A stretch of DNA of 64,000 nucleotides from Eledone cirrhosa (Eukaryota): NCBI GenBank assembly GCA_964016885.1, contig OZ024740.1, positions 232,624,001 to 232,688,000 on the forward strand. The letters are read 5' to 3'. Shown one piece after another: positions 54,356-64,000 of this stretch (its first letter is position 1; every line of letters starts with the position of its first letter). The translations under genes and the position numbers were made by a program. The notes beneath the pieces were generated by a model. It saw only the letters and a program-made list of their open reading frames with translations. It had not been told where the DNA came from and did not search any database.

Positions 54356-55125
54356 CTTCTTCTTCTTCTTCTTCTTCTTCTTCTTCTTCTTCTTCTTCTT
54401 CTTCTTCTTCTTCTTCTTCCTTTTCTTCTTCTTCTTCTTCTTCTTCTTCTTTTTCTTCTTCCTTTTCTTCTTCTTCTTCTTCTTCTTCTTCTTTTTCTTC
54501 TTCTTTTTCTTCTTCTTCTTCTTCTTCTTCTTCTTCTTCTTCTTCTTTTTCTTCTTCCTTTTCTTCTTCTTCTTCTTCTTCTTCTTCTTCTTTTTCTTCT
54601 TTTTCTTCTTCTTCTTCTTCTTCTTCTTCTTCTTCTTCTTCTTCTTCTTCTTCTTCTTTTTCTTCTTCTTCTTCTTTTTCTTCTTCCTTTTCTTCTTCTT
54701 CTTCTTCTTCTTCTTCTTCTTCTTCTTCTTCTTCTTTTTCTTCTTCTTCTTCTTCTTCTTCTTCTTCTTCTTCTTCTTTTTCTTCTTCCTTTTCTTCTTC
54801 TTCTTCTTCTTCTTCTTCTTCTTCTTCTTCTTCTTCTTCTTCTTCTTCTTCTTCTTCTTCTTCTTCTTCTTCTTCTTCTTCTTCTTCTTCTTCTTCTTCT
54901 TCTTCTTCTTCTTCTTCTTCTTCTTCTTCTTCTTCTTCTTCTTCTTTTTCTTCTTCCTTTTCTTCTTCTTCTTCTTCTTCTTCTTCTTCTTTTTCTTCTT
55001 CTTTTTCTTCTTCTTTTTCTTCTTCTTCTTCTTCTTCTTCTTCTTCTTCTTCTTCTTCTTCTTCTTCTTCTTTTTCTTCTTCCTTTTCTTCTTCTTCTTC
55101 TTCTTCTTCTTCTTCTTCTTCTGCT
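54310..55125. repeat. (GTT)n followed by ~770 bp of (TTC)n with TTT/TCC variants
   Basis: Direct. Confidence 0.97.
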
Positions 55126-55612
55126 TTCACTTCCGTCTTATCTTTTTCTGTTACCATCCCTCTTACATTTCCTCATCCCTCCTCCCATACCTCCATTGGC
55201 GGTAGACAGTGTTGTGTAGATAGATAGATAGATACCAGCCTTAGTTCCTATACATTATCACATAGTAAAAGAAAAGCTAGCCATACGGACCGATTGTCCA
55301 CGCAGTCGCGACAGGATTTAGGGGAAGAAGACCTCCCTAAAAACATACACACTGATAATTAAACTAATATGATGCACATACATCTTGCTATACACATACA
55401 CACATTTATATAGGAGTACTGAATTTGATAAAAATATATACATTGTAATATAAAATATACAATATTTATACATACGTGCTGACATTTCATAAAATTATAT
55501 ATACAGACACTAACACATACAGTCATATATATATATATATACATAGGTATATAGATACCCCCCCCCCCCATATATATATTTATAAATAATCTCGGGAATT
55601 TTACCCGCCCTG

Positions 55613-55659
<47 letters not shown>

Positions 55660-56534
55660 GGGGGAGAGCGAAATTTGTACATGTATGCATGCGTGATTCT
55701 ACTTTCATAATATAATCAAACTATCACAAATACACAAACATACGCGTGTTTGTGTATCTATTCATAAATATATAGCGAAATGCATTATTTTATTTTACAA
55801 TAAGCACGTAATTAAAAAAAAAAAAAAAATCAACAATTAAACGAAGAATAAGCATATGCAACATTTTTTTTCATAACGTTGCCAACACAGCACCATATTA
55901 TCAGCTGGGACTACTCTGCTTTTCATTTTATACCAATTACCAAAATAGTTTCGTTTTAAAAAAAAAGACGTACCACCAACACAAGTAGACCGCAAACGAA
56001 ATTACAAAAATCTCAATTCAAACGAAGTGGAATGTGACTCAGACATAGAAGAAATATAACTGCGTGTACATATACTTACACTCACTTAAACACATACATA
56101 CTCTTATATTCTCTCTCTTACACACATACACATATATGTGCATTATGAAGTAATATAGGGAATTACATAAAATAATTGTATACAATCCACGATGTTATAT
56201 AATTTTATAGAAGATCTTGCTATAAACTGTGGAAGGTGAGTGTATATATACTTTATTTCGTCACTTATGAGTATTTGGATGCATTAAATATATATATATA
56301 AGATTATTTTGCATGTATATATGTATGGCTGCACGTATTTATGTAATATATATTTGCAAGTATTTCTTTTATAAATATATAAATATATATTCACACTTAC
56401 CCTATATATATATATAAATTTATATATATATATATATTTCGTTTTTGAATTGGCAACATAACCCTCCCAAAGTATAACAATATATATATATTTATACTCA
56501 AACACACACAAACACACACACACATATGTATATA

Positions 56535-56649
<115 letters not shown>

Positions 56650-56676
56650 ATGTATATATATATGTATTTTACATAT

Positions 56677-56731
<55 letters not shown>

Positions 56732-56744
56732 CATATACACACAA

Positions 56745-56923
56745 CGGTAAAAACCTCCCAGACCCACACTGTAAATGTGGTTGGTGTTAGGAAGGGCATC
56801 CAACTGTAGAAAACCTGCCAGACAGTCCTATGCGAGCAAGACAATCACTCTTGCCTCAAGTGGGACTACCCCCGTCCAAACCCATGCAAGCGTGGAACAC
56901 GGACGTTAAACGTTGATGATGAT
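56745..56923 (+). mobile_element. RTE-related SINE fragment with (GAT)n tail; opposite-orientation relative at about 58446-58600
   Basis: GGTGTTAGGAAGGGCATCCA and CATGCAAGC.TGGAA..CGGACGTTAAA..TGATGATGAT, mirrored at 58446-58560. Confidence 0.65.
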
Positions 56924-56924
56924 A

Positions 56925-59597
<2,673 letters not shown>

Positions 59598-60461
59598 TTT
59601 ATCGACCCCGTAAGGATAAAAGGCAAAGTTGACATCGGCGGGATTTTAACTCAGACCGTAATGGGGCGTACTCCCCCAGGACGCTTGGTAGATTTTTAAA
59701 AACTTATTTTAGGAAAAATGTAACGTCTTCGACGCCGGGAAATGTCTTGGGTCACATCTCGCCGCGTTCTATATTCCTTCCTCATTTCGAGGTCGTACTT
59801 ACTTAGTTGAAATGTGCTAACAGAAAATGTGGCAATGTACTAAAATAAATAATTTCTTTAATCGTATGTACAATGATTTCTTATATAGTCAGAATGCCAG
59901 CAATTTTTGTGGAGGGGAAAGTCGATTAAAACGACCGAGTACGTGACTGGTACTTTATTTTATCGACCCCGTAAACCTATGCTTCAAAGCATGTTGTCCT
60001 ACGCTCTACCGATACTGCCAATCGACCACCCTAATCATCTGTATAATAGAATCGATAACATGTTTAAAGTATGCTGTTGTTTGTATGTTTGTTTTTGATG
60101 TGTCGTAGGTTCAAATCTGAGTTGGGTCAACTCCGATGGTCGTGTTAAAGTAATTGAAAAATATTTCTTAATGAACAAATTTTACAAATCAATATTTCAC
60201 ACAATTTTTACGTTGTCGATAACCGAAGAACCAGGAATTGTCCAATCATTTATATCTATATCTATTATACACATCACTAATATTGATATATCTCTTGCAG
60301 GGGACTCACTGTCATACATGATCGAATATATAATCGAATATGTTACTGTAGAAAACAATATATCCTTGAATGTGTTAGTTCTCAATTCAGATCCAACCGG
60401 ATAAGATGTCTTTTAATTTATCTTTTCGGCATCGACTAAACTGATATTATTACATATACAA

Positions 60462-61290
60462 GGGCGGTGGATTGGCAGTATCGGTAGAGGGTCGGACGCC
60501 ATGCTTCCCAGCATAGTTACGTCCCTTTACGATCTGAGTTCAAATCCCGCCGAGGTTGACTTTGCCTTTCATCCTTACGGGGTCGATAAAATAAAGTACC
60601 AGTAATGCACTGGATAATTGCTGGCCTTGTGCCTAAAGTAGAAACAATTATTACATATACAAGTATTATTTACTAAGTATAGGGCAGTGGATTAGCAGTA
60701 TTGGTAGAGGGTCGGACGCCATGCTTTGCAGCATAGAGTTATGGCCCTTTATGATCTGAGTTCAAATCTCGCCACGGTTAACTTTGCCTTTCATCATTAC
60801 GGGGTCGAGAAAATAAAGTACCAGTCACGTACAGGCGTCCATTTAATCGACTTTCCCCTGCCCAAAATACTGGCCTTGTGCCTATACTAGAAATCATTAT
60901 TTACTAAGGATTGGCAGTATCGGTAGAGGGTCGGACGCCATGCTTTGACGCATAGAGTTATGGCCCTTATCATTCTGAGTTCAAATCCCGCCGAGGTTAA
61001 CTTTGCCTTTCATCCTTACGGGGTCGATAAAATAAAGTACCAGTAATGTACTGGGGATTGCTGGCCTTGTGCCTAAAGTAGAAACAATTATTTACTAAGT
61101 ATAAAGGTTGATTGGCAGTATCGGAAGAGGGTTGGACGCCCATGCTTTGCAGGATAGATTTACGGCCCTTTACAGTATGTGTTTAAATCCCGCCGGGGTT
61201 ATCTTTGCCGTTCATCCTTACAATCGATAAAATAAAATAGCAGTAAAGCTCTGGATAATTGGTGGCCTTGTGCCAAATGTAGAAACAATT
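60462..61290 (+). mobile_element. Four head-to-tail main-family SINEs (about 60462-60650, 60682-60897, 60908-61088, 61106-61290)
   Basis: Each matches the consensus; ATTATTTACTAAG(TATA) recurs between copies. Confidence 0.93.
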
Positions 61291-62079
61291 ATTTACTAAG
61301 TATACATATATCGTAACAACCATGCACTTTCAGTACCAAATAGAAACTGGTAGAACCAGACATAAACTGATAACGCTTGGCATTCACTTGATATACTGGA
61401 GGTGAACTGGGGTATATTGAGCCGCCTATAACCCTCAAACATTTGTAGTTAATGTGAGGAAAACCAATGTTTTATAAAAGACAGTTGTAAAATAGATGTT
61501 CATGAGTAAAAGTCATATAACTGGGGTGTTCTGGCTTCAGTTTTATGTGTAAGAGTTATACACAGTACGAATGTTCTCTTGGGAAAAGGTATGAATATCC
61601 CCACAATCATTTTCACTGCTATATATTTGTAATTTGTGATAAAATAAGCACGTAATATGACAGTTCACTAATATAAATAGTATGTAATACGTGGTAGAGC
61701 AAATCTCATGTCGTATGTTATATCATAATCTATAAGATAAATCAATATATATATATTATATATATATATATGTGTCTGTTTGTGTGTGTGTGTGTGTGTG
61801 TATGCATATATATGTCTATACATATATTCATATATGTATGAATATATGTATACATATGAAAGTATGTATGTATATGTGTGTGTGTGTGCGTGGGGTGTGT
61901 GTGTATCATTCTTCTTCCTCCAAGCTTGAAACAAATACACTCTATGTTATTGTATATTCTTATTTGTAGGTTTCGTGTTTCCGTGACACACACATACACA
62001 CACACACAATATAAAATCTATATATCTATATATATGCATATACATATTTACATATATGTGTGTATATATATAATATATA

Positions 62080-62133
<54 letters not shown>

Positions 62134-62134
<1 letters not shown>

Positions 62135-62545
62135 TGGTGGCTGCCAACTCGTTTTCGAGTACGGCCACTACTTTATATCCATGTAGGAGAACCCCTACTG
62201 ATGCGCTGAACGAGTGTGACTTTTTAGTCCAGCCAGCGACTTGAACACTCTGGTACAAACACTACACTTGTGTACAATTACTGACACATAGTGCTGGGCC
62301 CATGGTACCATGTGACGACAAGTGCAGAGAGATCTCCAGATATAAAGCAATGCCTGTGCCGTGAAATTTTATAGTGAGCAAAGGCACTGCACAAAGCCAG
62401 TCCCACTCGCTTAACCAAGATGATATTTACCAAAAAGAAGAACAAGTCAACATCATTGGATACATCAGAGTTGTAGGTGTTATATCAGAGTTTTTCCTTC
62501 TCCTAGAATTCTGCCTTGACAAAGCTAAGCGGTGATCTCTCCGGA
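62134..62545 (-). mobile_element. RTE-derived non-autonomous element copy
   Basis: Reverse complement of about 38620-39030. Confidence 0.85.
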
Positions 62546-62649
62546 TGACATATATATGAAAATTTAAAGTAAGTGAGACTGTCACTACTATAAAACAATA
62601 GCATAAGGTCTTCGAAATGCTTTTAATTAAGCATACAGTTGTATTGTCT

Positions 62650-62667
62650 AAATACACTATATATACA

Positions 62668-62745
<78 letters not shown>

Positions 62746-62826
62746 CATACACATATATATATAATACACACACATATATTTATATATATATACATATATA
62801 TAATATATAATACATATACATATATA

Positions 62827-62878
<52 letters not shown>

Positions 62879-62926
62879 ATATATACATATACATATATAC
62901 ATATACATATATATATATACATATAC

Positions 62927-62957
<31 letters not shown>

Positions 62958-62978
62958 CATATATATATACATACATAT

Positions 62979-63043
<65 letters not shown>

Positions 63044-63220
63044 GCATATATATACATATAAATGCATATATATATACATATAAATGCATATATATACATA
63101 GAAATGCATATATATATACATATAAATGCATATTTATACATATAAATGCATATATATACATACAAATGCATATATATGCATATATATACATATATATATA
63201 TATATATACATATATATACA

Positions 63221-63270
<50 letters not shown>

Positions 63271-63546
63271 TATATACATATATATATACATATAAATGCA
63301 TATATATACATATGAATGCATATATATACATATAAATGCATATACATACATATAAATGCATATATATACATATAAAAGCATATATAATATAAAAGCATAT
63401 ATATACATATAAATGCATATATATACATATAAATGCATATATATACATATAAATGCATATATATACATATAAATGCATATAAATATATATAAATATATAT
63501 ATATATATAAATATATACATATACAAATAAATGCATATATATATAT

Positions 63547-63577
<31 letters not shown>

Positions 63578-63606
63578 AATATATACATATAAATGCATAT
63601 ATACAC

Positions 63607-63685
<79 letters not shown>

Positions 63686-64000
63686 TATAAATGCATATAT
63701 ATACATATATATACATATATATATATACATATATACATATAAATGCATATATATATATACATATATACATATATACATATACATGCATATATACATATAT
63801 ACATATAAATGCATATATACATATATACATATATATATGCATATATACATATATACATATTTATATATGCATATATATATTTACATATATACATATAAAT
63901 GCATATATATATATATATATACATATATACATACAAATGCATATATATATATATATATTTATACATATAAATGCATATATATATATATATTTATACATAT
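62650..64000. repeat. (TA)n array grading into a ~20-bp higher-order unit ATATATACATATAAATGCAT
   Basis: Direct; unit obvious from about 63040. Confidence 0.93.

Noticed and set aside
54252-55219. Poly-Glu, poly-Leu and poly-Phe ORFs
   Set aside because: Trinucleotide repeat open in several frames on both strands
60462-60555. A-box/B-box segments as tRNA genes
   Set aside because: No cloverleaf; they are SINE heads attached to a common body
60171-61620. Non-repetitive stretches with short minus-strand open frames as possible host exons
   Set aside because: No recognisable domain or convincing splice-site pair; cannot be supported without RNA-seq or a homology search

Overview
AT-rich, microsatellite-saturated eukaryotic repeat DNA. 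The SINE and microsatellite content suggests a cephalopod (Octopus-like) genome, which is an inference. I can support no host gene, and almost all ORF-track entries are translations of microsatellites. The real coding remnants are retroelements: a 5'-truncated Penelope-like element (PLE; RT plus GIY-YIG), a near full-length but frameshifted R4/Dong LINE, and Tx1, CRE and RTE fragments. Also present are about 25 copies of one tRNA-derived SINE, a hAT MITE and a probable Helitron. The most striking signal is non-coding. About a dozen sequence-unrelated short units each carry a type-I minimal hammerhead ribozyme motif (stem I-CTGANGA-stem II-GAAA-short or palindromic stem III-UH-stem I'). Several are followed by AATAAA and end in (TA)n. 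Several occur as head-to-head inverted pairs or fold-back palindromes. This looks like a diverse population of non-autonomous, microsatellite-associated PLE/retrozyme-like elements. Motifs were read by eye; coordinates of diverged repeats are approximate.
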